Shown: positions 1-11,372, counted from the first letter of the stretch. The stretch: DNA of 64,000 bases from Candidatus Krumholzibacteriia bacterium (GCA_029865265.1 JAOUHG010000002.1:98357-162356); one strand, 5' to 3'. A program made the numbers and translations. Notes: a model not told the origin generated them from the sequence alone.

Positions 1-681
1 CGCAGGGTGCAGGCCGTACGCCAGCAGCCCGGGCCGCACCAGGTCCATGTGCGATTCGGCCACGCCATCCACGGCGGCGCTGTTGGCACTGTGCACCATC
101 GGTACCACCACCCCGGCCTCCCGCAGGCGCGCCACCAGCGCTCGGAAACGTTTTATCTGTCCGCGCGTGTACTCGGCATCCGTGTCCGACACCGGGAAAT
201 GCGTATAGACACCGCGCAGGTTCACCGCCGCGTTGCGCGCGATGCGCACGATTTCATCGAACGCTTCCTCTTCGGCGATTCCGGTTCGTCCCATGCCGGT
301 ATCGACCTCGACGTGCACGTCGAGCGGCCGCGCCGGCGCAAAACGCGCCACCGCGTCGGCGAAACTGGCCGAAGGCAGTGTGATGGCAAACCCGTGCCGG
401 GCAACCGGGGGGAGTTCGGTCTCCAGGATGGGGCTCAGGATGAGGATGTCGTTGCGGATGCCGGACTCCCACAACTCGACCGCTTCGTCCACCGTGGCCA
501 CGCCGAAGATGCGCACGCGCTGCGCCACCGCGGACGCCACCTGCACCGCGCCGTGACCGTAGGCGTCGGCCTTCACGGTCAGCAGGATGCCGACGTCGGC
601 GCCGACGGCGGTCTGGATGGTCTCGATGTTCCGGTCGAGCCGGTCGAGATCGATCTCGAGCCAGGTGGGAAGCCGCTTCAT
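1..681 (-). CDS. alr: Alanine racemase (3' end runs off the window)
   Basis: Not in the ORF track. Manual minus-strand translation from ATG 681 gives MKRLPTWLEIDLDRLDRNI...LTVKADAYGHGA (PLP-lysine motif)...VDTGMGRTG...YTHF...HSANSA...DLVRPGLLAYG. Confidence 0.96.
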   Translation of the reverse strand, partial: MKRLPTWLEIDLDRLDRNIETIQTAVGADVGILLTVKADAYGHGAVQVASAVAQRVRIFGVATVDEAVELWESGIRNDILILSPILETELPPVARHGFAITLPSASFADAVARFAPARPLDVHVEVDTGMGRTGIAEEEAFDEIVRIARNAAVNLRGVYTHFPVSDTDAEYTRGQIKRFRALVARLREAGVVVPMVHSANSAAVDGVAESHMDLVRPGLLAYGLHPA

Positions 682-688
682 GGCCCGG

Positions 689-718
689 ACGCTACCGCAG
701 GCCGAAAACGGCGGTCAA
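689..718 (-). promoter_or_regulatory. Putative sigma70 promoter of alr, probably leaderless
   Basis: Minus strand TTGACC-N18-TAGCGT followed by 7 nt and then the ATG; no SD sequence. Confidence 0.55.
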
Positions 719-757
719 GCAGGGTTTGCGGAGGATGCAGCATAAGGTTCCGAACGT

Positions 758-787
758 GAAAGAGGCGCCCCCGAGGGCGCCTCTTTC
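758..787 (-). terminator. Intrinsic terminator-like hairpin after the 826..1608 gene
   Basis: Perfect inverted repeat GAAAGAGGCGCCC-CCGA-GGGCGCCTCTTTC. Confidence 0.7.
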
Positions 788-825
788 CAGGTACAGAAAC
801 GGACGGGATCGGGTTCGTCGCGCGA

Positions 826-1608
826 TCAGGTCCGGAACACCTTGTTCAAGAAGGTCACGTAGTCAACTTCCACCGTGCCGCAGACGTGATTCTTCTGCCG
901 CTTCACCCACGGTTCGGCCTCCACGAAGGTGACGCCACCGTCAAACGTGGCACCGCTGCTGGCCAGCAGGTTGAACACGATCTCGAGCGCCGGCGGCGGT
1001 TCCGCCACACGCAGCAGGGGCACCTGGCCCCGGGCGGAAGGCGTGGCACCTTCCAGCATCCAGTACTTGTCCTTGCCCTCTTCGACGCGCACCAGCTTGG
1101 CCGAGAGCTGGTACTTGCGCTCCGGCTCTTTCTCGAGGCCAACGGTGTCGTTGTATTTGAAGCGCGTCATTTCAGCGGGCGTATGATCCTCAGACGCAAA
1201 GCCGGCGGCATTGGTCATGCGCGGCAACGGAATGGAACGTCCCTGCGGAATGGGAACGGTGTCGTTGCCCGCCACCACTTCCATGCACCGGAAATGCGGC
1301 GCAGGGCTGAACTTCTTGACGACGTTGAACGTGATCGTCCCCGGATCGTAGGACTTGATCTTGTCGGCGAGACTCGCGCCGGTGATGAACGTGGAAACGT
1401 TCCCCTGGCGGACGAGCACATAGTCGCCGGCTGACTCGACGATCTCGGGTGACACCAGCTTGTACTTGAAGCCCTTGCTCAGAACGGGCGGGCCGTACAG
1501 CGCCTGGCGCAGCGAAATCTGGGCGTACGGATCTACGGGCGCCTTCTCGCCGCAGCCCGCGAGAACAAAGACACCCAGCAGGCACAACGCAACAAACTTG
1601 AATTTCAT
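826..1608 (-). CDS. Hypothetical lipoprotein (260 aa)
   Basis: ATG 1608 with AAGGAG SD; signal peptide II MKFKFVALCLLGVFVLAG-C; no recognisable domain. Confidence 0.8.
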   Translation of the reverse strand: MKFKFVALCLLGVFVLAGCGEKAPVDPYAQISLRQALYGPPVLSKGFKYKLVSPEIVESAGDYVLVRQGNVSTFITGASLADKIKSYDPGTITFNVVKKFSPAPHFRCMEVVAGNDTVPIPQGRSIPLPRMTNAAGFASEDHTPAEMTRFKYNDTVGLEKEPERKYQLSAKLVRVEEGKDKYWMLEGATPSARGQVPLLRVAEPPPALEIVFNLLASSGATFDGGVTFVEAEPWVKRQKNHVCGTVEVDYVTFLNKVFRT

Positions 1609-1720
1609 CGACGAACCACTCCTTGATACCCGGCGCGCAGTGTTCCTTCCCCGTGCGTTGGGTTCTTTGCGCCGATTCGGTGCTCCGGTGGGATCATCAA
1701 AAATAAACCGGTAGGCCGGA

Positions 1721-1749
1721 ACCGTAACACCGCCCCCCGGCAGTGTCAA
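1721..1749 (-). promoter_or_regulatory. Putative sigma70 promoter of the lipoprotein gene
   Basis: TTGACA-N17-TACGGT with a TGn extension on the minus strand. Confidence 0.5.
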
Positions 1750-3167
1750 CGGCCTTTTACCGCACCGGCCGGCGCCCCGCCCGGGCCATGGTCGATCCGC
1801 TTCCAGAACGCCTCCACCTCGAAGTCCGGGCTCTGGTCCTCGTTGTGGCAGTCCCGGCACAGGCTGCGTGCGTCTTCCACGCCGGGTCTGACGTCCGGGT
1901 CCCGCACGTGACCGGCCGCATTGCCGTGGCAGGACTCGCACTGCACGCCGGTGAGGTGGGGGGTGGCAACGACGTTCTCGAAGCCCCCGTTCTTATAGAA
2001 GCCCACCGAGTGGCACGGTGTGCAATCCCGGTCGAACTCGCGCGAGAGGTCGGTGAGCGTTTCCCAGGCGTGCGCGTGCCGTGTGTCCGACCACGCGGCG
2101 TGGATGTCCTCGTGGCACTCCCGGCACGCCTCCGCGCCCTGGAAACGGCTGTGGGAGAGGTTGCGCACGTTGGTGACACCGGTGGGGAGCGTCGCGCGCT
2201 CCTTGGCGGCGATGTCGAAGTCGTAGGCCTGGAACAGGCGGCCGATGGCCTCGTCGTCCGGAAAGCGCTCGTCCATGGGAACCACCGCATCCTGCATGCT
2301 GGCGACGCGCCCGTCGGGCCCCAGCGTGGCGTAGGCCACGCCCATGTACAGCCCGCGCGCCGCGAGCTCGAGCAGGTAGGCGTCGCCGAAACGGCGCAAC
2401 TGGCGCATGGGCTTCCCGTCGTGCCCGTGGAACACGGCGTCCACCCCGCGCAGCAATTCCGTGAAGCGTTGCGCCTCCCCGCGCGGCATGTGCGCCAGCA
2501 CCACCACCAGGTCCACATCGCCGCGCATCCCGTCCACCACCGGCTGCACGGCCGCCAGCGGGTCGCGAATGTCCAGCGATCCCGCCGCCACCTGCGGCGG
2601 CAGCGCAATGGCGGGGCTCATCACGCCCGCAATGCCCACGCGCAGGCCGGAGGGCAGCGTAACCACGCGCGACGCCGGAAAGATCAACGTATCCCCGACC
2701 GCGTCGTACAGATTGGCCGCCACGATGGGCAGCCGCGCGTCGCGGGAACGCCGCAGGATGAAGTCCAGTCCGAAACCGAGTTCGTCCTCGCCGATCACCA
2801 CAGCGTGATAGCCCATGAGCGCCATGGACTTGAGGGTGACGTCGGCCTTCTCGACGCCGTAGTTGATGCTCGCGCCGAAAAAATCGCCCGCATCCACCAG
2901 CAGCATGTCTCCGGTGGTGTCCGCGACGGCCTTCAGGAAGGTGGCACGTCGTCCCAACCCGCCCAGGTCGTGTTCGGAGCACCCGCAGGAGCGGATCTCG
3001 CCCCACAGGTCGTTGGAGTAGGCAATGGCGAGACGCTTCGGCGCCGTCTTTTCCTCGCCGCAACCACCCAGCGCCAGCACCGCGAGCAGCATCGCGATTG
3101 CGCCAGGGCCACGACGGCCGAGAATCTGTCCAAATGAAAGGGTCATACATTTACCTGTGGCGACCAC
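1746..3167 (-). CDS. Lipoprotein: UshA-like (5'-nucleotidase fold, CGC motif) domain fused to a c554-like tetraheme cytochrome c domain
   Basis: Lipobox LALGG-C; SNDLWGEIRSCGC...GGLGRRA, DAGDFF, VVLAH, HGH; four CxxCH motifs (CRECH, CTPCH, CESCH, CRDCH). Start could be GTG 3167 or ATG 3146. Confidence 0.85.
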   Translation of the reverse strand: MVATGKCMTLSFGQILGRRGPGAIAMLLAVLALGGCGEEKTAPKRLAIAYSNDLWGEIRSCGCSEHDLGGLGRRATFLKAVADTTGDMLLVDAGDFFGASINYGVEKADVTLKSMALMGYHAVVIGEDELGFGLDFILRRSRDARLPIVAANLYDAVGDTLIFPASRVVTLPSGLRVGIAGVMSPAIALPPQVAAGSLDIRDPLAAVQPVVDGMRGDVDLVVVLAHMPRGEAQRFTELLRGVDAVFHGHDGKPMRQLRRFGDAYLLELAARGLYMGVAYATLGPDGRVASMQDAVVPMDERFPDDEAIGRLFQAYDFDIAAKERATLPTGVTNVRNLSHSRFQGAEACRECHEDIHAAWSDTRHAHAWETLTDLSREFDRDCTPCHSVGFYKNGGFENVVATPHLTGVQCESCHGNAAGHVRDPDVRPGVEDARSLCRDCHNEDQSPDFEVEAFWKRIDHGPGGAPAGAVKGR

Positions 3168-3352
3168 GGATCTCCATGTTAAGCGAACGCCGGTGGTTTA
3201 CGCCAGCACTGCCCCCGCACAAGATGGCGCTTGACGCAACTCCGGGCACGATGCTCATTGAAAGCACGAAGCCAAATTGCTTCGCGATCCCACCCCTCGT
3301 TTCGTCACACCGGTGAGCCCCACCGACTCCGGGATGTATCCAGGAGGATGGC

Positions 3353-5833
3353 ATGAAACGAGGTTCGCTGGCGCTCGTTGCGCCGTTTCTGTTTGCAATC
3401 CCCACTGTCGCCGCGGCCCGTCACAGCTATACACCACCGGCGTCCAAGACCGGCGGTGAGCCGCAGCGTGTGTTCGTGCTCGACGGGTCCACCGTCCATA
3501 ACGTGGGCGAACTGCAGATGCACCTGGGCAACTGGGGGTTGTTCGGCTCCCTGCCCGGTGCCGGGGCCGCGTATTCCGAGGCCCCCTCGGCGCAATGGCC
3601 TGCGGGCAGCGGCACCGAGTACCTGTTCGGCGCCGGCCTGTGGGTGGGCGCGCTCAAGAACGGCATCCCCGCCGTGTCCACCACCCTGGGCTTCGATCCC
3701 AACGGCATCGTCTTCGAATTCGATCCCGGCCGCGACACCCGCGACATCATGTACCGCGCCGCGGAAGGCACCCGCGGCGGCGCCCGCGCGCCCGCCGAGG
3801 CCGACGACGACGGCGACGGCGCGGTGGATGAAGACCCGCTCAACGGCTATGACGACGACGGCGACGGCGCCATCGACGAGGACTTCGCCGCCATCTCCAA
3901 CCAGATGTTCGCCTGCCGCTATGCCGACTATTACCCGGAAACCGCGCGCGCGTTCCCGCAGCACAACCCGCTCGGGCTGGAGGTGCGGCAGCAGAGCTTC
4001 CAGTGGGAGGAAGACCGCTACGACGATTTCGTGGGCATCGAGTTTCACATCACAAACGCCGGCAGCAACGTGCTGGAAGACGTTTACGTGGGTTTCTTCG
4101 CCGACGGCGACGCCGGCCAGCGCACCACTGACCGCTACTATGAAGACGACGCCACCGGCCGCAGTTTCGTCCCGGTGGAATGCACCGACCTTGGACCCGT
4201 CTCCATGGACATCGCCTACGTCTTCGACGCCGACGGCGACGAGGGCCGCACGCTGGGTTACCTGGGCATCATGTTCCTGGGTCATACCGTGGACCCCACC
4301 GGCGAAACCGCGCCGCGGCGTGTGGGCATCAGCACCTACGCCAACTTCTCGGGCAGCGCGTCGTTCGAGGACGGCGGCGATCCCACCAACGACTTCGAGC
4401 GCTACGAACTGCTGTCATCGAAGGTGATCGAGCGCAACGCGCAGGTACCGCGCGACTACCGCATGCTGATGGCGGCCGGCCCCTTCAAGGAGCTGCTGCC
4501 CGGCAGCACGCTCGTGTTCCAGACCGCCTTCGTCATCGGCGAACGCTATGCCGGCATGGTGGCCAACGCGGCCAGCGCGCAGCTCACCTACGAGGGCGCC
4601 TGGTTCGACCAGGACAACGACGACCTCACCGGCGCCACCGGTCGCGAGACACCGGTGGTCGGCCCCGCCATGGGGGTGGCCATCGACACCTGCCGCTTCG
4701 CCCAGCAACCGCCGGTCAACGTTCCGCGCGGGCAGACGGTGTGGATCAACAACGACTGCGCGCGCGAGGAGATCTTCCGCGCCGGCTGCGGATACACGCT
4801 GGAGGACTCGCTCAAGTTCATGACCGGCGTGGACGGCCAGGAGACACACATCTACTGGCTGGTGGGAACCGCGCCGCCGCCGCCGACGCTTCGCATCGAC
4901 GCCGCCGCGCGCGACGGTGTCGCCATCTACTGGGACAACTTCAGCGAGGTCACGCCCGACGTAAAGACGCTCAGGCTGGACTTCGAGGGCTATCGTGTAT
5001 TCCGGGCGGACAACTGGACGCGGCCGACGGGAACATCCGCGCGAACCGGGCCGCCGTCCAACTTGTGGAAGCTGCTCCGTGCCATGGACGTGGTAAACGG
5101 GCTGGGGGATGATACGGGGCTCAACCCGTTCCGCTACGAACCGCTCGCCCACATCCTCGAGCCGGCCCAGAAGCGCGACATGATCGAGAGCATGAAGCAG
5201 TACCTCACCGAGTACCCCGGCGCGGACCCGCCCTGCCCGCAGGGCGTAACCCCCCAGGTGTGCGACACGCTGGAGGCGCTGGCGGCATACGAACTGGGGA
5301 TGATGGAGCGCGGCCGCCAGTACTACCGCTACATCGACCGCAGCATGCACCGTGGCCGCCCTTACTTCTACGCGGTGACCGCTTCCGATCACGGCGAAGA
5401 CGAAGACACCCGCGCCCTCACCCCGGGAAAGATGGGCGACCCCGCCGCGAACTTCGTGTTCGTCGAACCGCAACAACCCTCGCAGGCGGACTACGCCTAC
5501 CGCGACGAGGCGGTGTATGTGGTCCCCAACCCGGCCACCCGGGAGTCGATGCAGCCCTGGGCGCTCGGTCCCAACAACGACGACCCCACCGGCATCAAGG
5601 TGGAGTTCCGCAACCTCCCCGCGGACCGCGGCACGATCCGCATCTTCACCCTGGCCGGGGACCTGGTGGAGGAGATCGGGTTCGACGGGCGCGGGGGGGT
5701 GGGAACGGCCGAATGGGACCTGGTGTCGCGCAATGGCCAGGACGTCGCGAGCGGCGTCTATCTATTTTCCGTGGAGACCGATTTCAACGCCGCCTTCGCG
5801 CGCAAAGTCGGCAAGTTCGTGGTGATCCGCTAG
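3353..5833 (+). CDS. Secreted protein with DxDxDG Ca-binding repeats, FN3-like region and T9SS-like C-terminal sorting domain (paralogue A)
   Basis: AGGAGG SD; Sec signal; DDDGDGAVDED/DDDGDGAIDED; C-terminus VYVVPNP...IRIFTLAGDLV...WDLVSRNGQDVASGVYLF...GKFVVIR. Confidence 0.88.
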   Translation: MKRGSLALVAPFLFAIPTVAAARHSYTPPASKTGGEPQRVFVLDGSTVHNVGELQMHLGNWGLFGSLPGAGAAYSEAPSAQWPAGSGTEYLFGAGLWVGALKNGIPAVSTTLGFDPNGIVFEFDPGRDTRDIMYRAAEGTRGGARAPAEADDDGDGAVDEDPLNGYDDDGDGAIDEDFAAISNQMFACRYADYYPETARAFPQHNPLGLEVRQQSFQWEEDRYDDFVGIEFHITNAGSNVLEDVYVGFFADGDAGQRTTDRYYEDDATGRSFVPVECTDLGPVSMDIAYVFDADGDEGRTLGYLGIMFLGHTVDPTGETAPRRVGISTYANFSGSASFEDGGDPTNDFERYELLSSKVIERNAQVPRDYRMLMAAGPFKELLPGSTLVFQTAFVIGERYAGMVANAASAQLTYEGAWFDQDNDDLTGATGRETPVVGPAMGVAIDTCRFAQQPPVNVPRGQTVWINNDCAREEIFRAGCGYTLEDSLKFMTGVDGQETHIYWLVGTAPPPPTLRIDAAARDGVAIYWDNFSEVTPDVKTLRLDFEGYRVFRADNWTRPTGTSARTGPPSNLWKLLRAMDVVNGLGDDTGLNPFRYEPLAHILEPAQKRDMIESMKQYLTEYPGADPPCPQGVTPQVCDTLEALAAYELGMMERGRQYYRYIDRSMHRGRPYFYAVTASDHGEDEDTRALTPGKMGDPAANFVFVEPQQPSQADYAYRDEAVYVVPNPATRESMQPWALGPNNDDPTGIKVEFRNLPADRGTIRIFTLAGDLVEEIGFDGRGGVGTAEWDLVSRNGQDVASGVYLFSVETDFNAAFARKVGKFVVIR

Positions 5834-5858
5834 GATACCGGCCTTGCGGGTCCCGCCC

Positions 5859-5886
5859 CGGGGGGCGCGCTCCGGCGCGCCCCCCG
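5859..5886 (+). other. Strong GC hairpin after paralogue A (no U-tract; stabiliser, pause site or atypical terminator)
   Basis: CGGGGGGCGCGC-TCCG-GCGCGCCCCCCG, perfect 12-bp stem. Confidence 0.55.
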
Positions 5887-6078
5887 AGAGACCGCTCCCC
5901 GGCCCCGGGCCGGCCTCCCCCCCGAGCGCTGTATCCGCAATTGTGCCTTGACAGTCCGCCCGCCGCATGGCACCTTTTCCAGTGATCCCACCACTCGTAT
6001 CGGCCGTAGGCGGCCGGCCAACAGCCTGTTCCCAGTACGCATGTTACGGTCTTCCGGACTGATAGGAAGGATACCGGA

Positions 6079-8562
6079 ATGAGAAAGCGCAATGTGTGGT
6101 CCGCCGGCCTGTTCATCGTGGCCGCCGTACTTCCGTCCCTCGTGTTCGCGCGCATCGACACCCCCAGCGAGGTCACCAAGAAGGGCCAGACCGGCCCCAA
6201 CCGGATCTTTGTGCTGGATGGCTCCAACGTTCACAACGTCGGCGAGTTGCAGATGCACGTCGGCAACTGGGGACAGTTCGGCTCCTGGCCGGGCTCGGGG
6301 CTGACCTTCTCCGAGGCTCCTTCCGCGCAGTGGCCCGCGGGCAGCGGTGTCGAGTACCTGTTCGTGGCCGGCATGTGGGTGGGCGCGTTGAAGGCGGGCG
6401 TCCCGGCGGTGTCCACCGCCGCGTATGCGTTCGAATTCCGCCCGACCCAGGACCCCCTCGACATCATGTATCGCGCGGCCGAGGGTGCCCGGGGCGGCGC
6501 GCGCGCGCCATCCGACAACCGCGACGACGACAAGGACGGCGAGGTGGACGAGGACTGGCTCAACGGGCGCGACGACGACGGCGACGGTCAGATCGACGAG
6601 GACTTCGCGGCCGTCTCCAAGCAGATGTTCGTGTGCCAGTACACCGACGACCAGCCCTCCGCCACGCAGATCTATCCGCAGCACAACCCGCTGAACCTCC
6701 ACGTGCGCCAGGAGAGCTACCAGTGGGAGGAAGACCGCTTCGACGACTTTATCGGCGCCCAGTTCATCATCACCAACCAGGGCAACAACGTCCTCGAGGA
6801 CGTGTACATCGGCTTCTTCGCCGACGGTGACGCCGGTCCGCGTGACGTGGACAACTACTGGGAAGACGACGCCACCGGCCGCCGCGCCGTGCCCGTGCTG
6901 TGCACCGACCTCGGCCCGGTGTCGATGGACATCGCGTTCGTGTTCGACGCCGACGGCGACAACGGCCGCACGCTCGGCTACCTGGGGATCATGTTCCTCG
7001 ACCACACCATCGACCCCAACGGCGAGTTCGCACCGCGCCGCGTGGGCATCAGCACCTACGCCAACTTCTCGGGCAGCGCCTCGTTCGAAGACGGTGGCGA
7101 TCCCACCAACGACTTCGAGCGCTACGAGCTGCTCTCGTCGAAGATCATCGAGCGCGACGCGCAGGTGCCGCGCGACTACCGCATGCTCATGGCGGCGGGG
7201 CCGTTCAAGGAGCTGCTGCCCGGCAGCACGCTCGTGTTCCAGACCGCCTTCGTGATCGGAAACCGCCTGGACGGGATGATCGCCAACGGTGCCAACGCGC
7301 AGCTCACCTTCGAGGGCGCATGGTTCAACCTGCTCGGTGACGACCCGGTGCCGACCGGATACGCGGGGCGCGAAACGCCCGTACCGGGACCGGCCAGCGG
7401 TATCGCCGTCGATACCTGTCGCTATCAGAACGCGCCGCCCATCAACGTTCCCCGCGGCCAGACGGTCTGGATCAACAACGACTGCGCCGAAGAGCAGCTC
7501 TTCCAGACCGCCTGCGGTTACGACCCGGCCAAGGAAGACACACTCAAGTTCATGACCGGTGTCGGCGGCAACGAGACCCAGATATTCTGGATCGTGGGCA
7601 CGGCACCGCCGCCGCCGTTTCTGCGCATCGACGACACGAGCACCGACGGCGTCGCTATCTACTGGGACAACTTCAGCGAGACCAAGCCGGACATCAAGAC
7701 GCTGAAGGACGACTTCGAGGGCTACCGGCTGTTCCGCGCCGACAACTGGACGCGGCCGACCGGCACCTCGGCTTCCAACGGCCCGCCCAAGGAGTTGTGG
7801 AAATTGCTGGTGGAGATGGACCTGATCAACAACTTCGGCGAGGACACAGGGCTCGACCGCTACCGTTACGAGCCGCTGACCAGCATTCTCTCCCCGTCGG
7901 TCAAGCGGGACATGATCAACTCGATCAAGCAGTACCTGACCGAGTACCCGGGTTCCAACCCGCCGTGCCCGCAGGGCGTCACCTCGGAAGTGTGCGACAC
8001 GCTGGGTGCGCTGGCCGCGTGGGAACTGGGAATCACCGACAAGGGGCGGCAGTACTACCGCTACGTCGACCGCAGCATGCACCGCGGGCGGCCGTACTTC
8101 TACGCGGTGACCGCGGGTGACCACGCCATCGCTTCCGACGGGACCTTCTTCGAGGGACTCGTGGGTGATCCGTCATCGAACTTCGTGTTCATCGAGCCGG
8201 GCGGACCCTCGCAGGCGGATTATGCCTACAACGAAGACGATGTCTACGTGGTACCCAACCCAGCCACCACGGAGTCCATGCAGCCGTGGACGCTGGGCCC
8301 CAACAACGACGATCCCACCGGTATCAAGGTGGAGTTCCGCAACCTGCCCGCCGATCAGGGCACCATCCGCATCTTCACCCTCGCGGGTGACCTGGTGGAG
8401 GAGCTCTACTTCGACGGCCGCACCGGCAACGGTACGGTGGAGTGGGATCTCGTCAGCCGCAACGGCCAGGACATCACCAGCGGCGTTTACCTGTTCGCCA
8501 TCGACACCGATACCAACGAGGCCTACAGGCGCAAGATCGGCAAGTTCGTCGTCATTCGGTAG
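6079..8562 (+). CDS. Secreted protein with T9SS-like C-terminal sorting domain (paralogue B of 3353..5833)
   Basis: Colinear and highly similar to the upstream gene along its full length (e.g. identical APRRVGISTYANFSGSASFEDGGDPTNDFERYELLSSK); SD AGGAAGGA. Confidence 0.9.
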   Translation: MRKRNVWSAGLFIVAAVLPSLVFARIDTPSEVTKKGQTGPNRIFVLDGSNVHNVGELQMHVGNWGQFGSWPGSGLTFSEAPSAQWPAGSGVEYLFVAGMWVGALKAGVPAVSTAAYAFEFRPTQDPLDIMYRAAEGARGGARAPSDNRDDDKDGEVDEDWLNGRDDDGDGQIDEDFAAVSKQMFVCQYTDDQPSATQIYPQHNPLNLHVRQESYQWEEDRFDDFIGAQFIITNQGNNVLEDVYIGFFADGDAGPRDVDNYWEDDATGRRAVPVLCTDLGPVSMDIAFVFDADGDNGRTLGYLGIMFLDHTIDPNGEFAPRRVGISTYANFSGSASFEDGGDPTNDFERYELLSSKIIERDAQVPRDYRMLMAAGPFKELLPGSTLVFQTAFVIGNRLDGMIANGANAQLTFEGAWFNLLGDDPVPTGYAGRETPVPGPASGIAVDTCRYQNAPPINVPRGQTVWINNDCAEEQLFQTACGYDPAKEDTLKFMTGVGGNETQIFWIVGTAPPPPFLRIDDTSTDGVAIYWDNFSETKPDIKTLKDDFEGYRLFRADNWTRPTGTSASNGPPKELWKLLVEMDLINNFGEDTGLDRYRYEPLTSILSPSVKRDMINSIKQYLTEYPGSNPPCPQGVTSEVCDTLGALAAWELGITDKGRQYYRYVDRSMHRGRPYFYAVTAGDHAIASDGTFFEGLVGDPSSNFVFIEPGGPSQADYAYNEDDVYVVPNPATTESMQPWTLGPNNDDPTGIKVEFRNLPADQGTIRIFTLAGDLVEELYFDGRTGNGTVEWDLVSRNGQDITSGVYLFAIDTDTNEAYRRKIGKFVVIR

Positions 8563-8590
8563 CCGTTCCTTTTCAGGATCGAACAAACCA

Positions 8591-8638
8591 GCGGGCTCGC
8601 CCATTGTGGGCGGGCCCGCGCCGTTTGCCCTCTTCTTT
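8591..8638 (+). terminator. Putative terminator after paralogue B
   Basis: Stem GCGGGCTCGCCCA-TTG-TGGGCGGGCCCGC followed by a pyrimidine-rich tail. Confidence 0.55.
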
Positions 8639-8703
8639 GCTTGTCGCCCCTCGCGACGCTCGCCTAGAATGATGCCACGCTGGCGCACCCGGCGCATCCG
8701 GCC

Positions 8704-10032
8704 ATGCAAAGATCCATTGTATCCGCGCGGACACGGCCCACGTTGTTCGTGGTCTTTCTCGCCGCGTTCTCGGCCGTGCTCGTCCTGTCCAACCTGGCGC
8801 TGTACCGACGCGCGCGCGGCCACCTCGACAGCCAGCTGGGCGAACGTCTGCGCGCCATCGCCACCGCGGTGGCCCACGAGGTGGAGGACGCCGGGCCGGA
8901 TTCGCTCACCGCGGGCACCATCGACCCCGTCCTCTACGACCAGTTGCTGATCGCGCGCGACGACCACCAGCTCTCCAACATCGTCATCATCTCCGCCGCC
9001 GGAAACACCGCCATCGACCTGGCCGGTTACAGCGAGCCCGGAGACGAGAACCCCTTCATCCAGCTCGACGTGGCGGCCGTCGCCCTCGCCCGCGCCGGCG
9101 TGGCGGCGTACACAAGCCTGTACCGGACCGGCGACGTGTACCTGAAGAGCGCCTACGCGCCCGTCCACGGCGTGACCGGCACGATCATCGGCGTCGTCGG
9201 CGTGGAGGCTGGCGCGTCGTTCTTTGCACAGCTGCGCGAGCTGCGCGACCTCATCGTGCTCATCTCGCTGGGCAATGCCTCGGTGGTCATCCTGCTGGGG
9301 TTTCTCTTCTACCGCCGCACGCGTTCGCTGGAACGCGCGCGGGAGGCGATGATCGAGACGGACAACCTGGCCACGCTGGGCAGAATGGTGGCGACGATCG
9401 CGCACGAGATTCGCAACCCGTTGAGCATCATCCGGGCCTCGGCACAGCGCGTGCAACGCCGGCACGCCATCGACGATGAAGCGCTCACCTACATCGTCGA
9501 CGAGGTGGACGGGCTGGATCGTGTCCTCACCGGCTATCTCCAGTTTGCGAAGTCGCAACCCGCGGCGTTCGTCCCCCTCGAAGTCGGCCGCATCCTGCGC
9601 CGGGCCCTGCTGGCGGTCGAGAACCAGGCCAAGGCCGGGAATATCGAGGTGGGGGTGCAGGACACCGGCGCTCTGACCCTGCATGGCGATGAACGGCGCG
9701 TGCGCCAGGCGGTGCTGAACGTGCTGTTGAACGCCCTGGAGGTCACCCCGCAGGGCGGACGCATAGGCATTGACGTGGGCCACGATGCCGGGCACGTTAC
9801 TATCAGCGTGAGCGACAGCGGGCCGGGCATCGACCCCGCCATTCTCAAGGACGTCACGCGTCCCTTCTTCACCACCCGGGTCGACGGCAGTGGTCTCGGC
9901 CTGAGCGTGGTGCAGTCGGTGATGGAGGAGCACGGCGGCAGCCTGCGCATCGAGCGGGCGGACTCAGGCGGCGCGCGCATCGTGCTTTCCTTTCCGCGGG
10001 ACCCGGGCGCGGCAACTGCCGCAAAGGAGTAG
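8704..10032 (+). CDS. Two-component sensor histidine kinase (NtrB/AtoS-like, 2 TM with a periplasmic sensor domain)
   Basis: H-box IAHEIRNPL, N-box LNVLLNA, G1 DSGPGI, F box PFFTTR, G2 GSGLGL. Confidence 0.95.
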   Translation: MQRSIVSARTRPTLFVVFLAAFSAVLVLSNLALYRRARGHLDSQLGERLRAIATAVAHEVEDAGPDSLTAGTIDPVLYDQLLIARDDHQLSNIVIISAAGNTAIDLAGYSEPGDENPFIQLDVAAVALARAGVAAYTSLYRTGDVYLKSAYAPVHGVTGTIIGVVGVEAGASFFAQLRELRDLIVLISLGNASVVILLGFLFYRRTRSLERAREAMIETDNLATLGRMVATIAHEIRNPLSIIRASAQRVQRRHAIDDEALTYIVDEVDGLDRVLTGYLQFAKSQPAAFVPLEVGRILRRALLAVENQAKAGNIEVGVQDTGALTLHGDERRVRQAVLNVLLNALEVTPQGGRIGIDVGHDAGHVTISVSDSGPGIDPAILKDVTRPFFTTRVDGSGLGLSVVQSVMEEHGGSLRIERADSGGARIVLSFPRDPGAATAAKE

Positions 10033-10040
10033 GCCCCAGC

Positions 10041-11372
<1,332 letters not shown>

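Noticed and set aside
7..759. 250-aa plus-strand ORF
   Set aside because: Shadow of alr on the minus strand.
2979..2987. Selenocysteine recoding in the UshA-like protein
   Set aside because: Both Cys codons are TGC and there is no in-frame TGA.
5949..5977. Promoters for the two tandem paralogues (TTGACA at 5949, TTGACG at 3231)
   Set aside because: No convincing -10 hexamer at the right spacing.
5830..8124. 764-aa minus-strand ORF (also 3305..4285, 4415..5476 and 8173..9933)
   Set aside because: Shadow frames opposite well-supported plus-strand genes.
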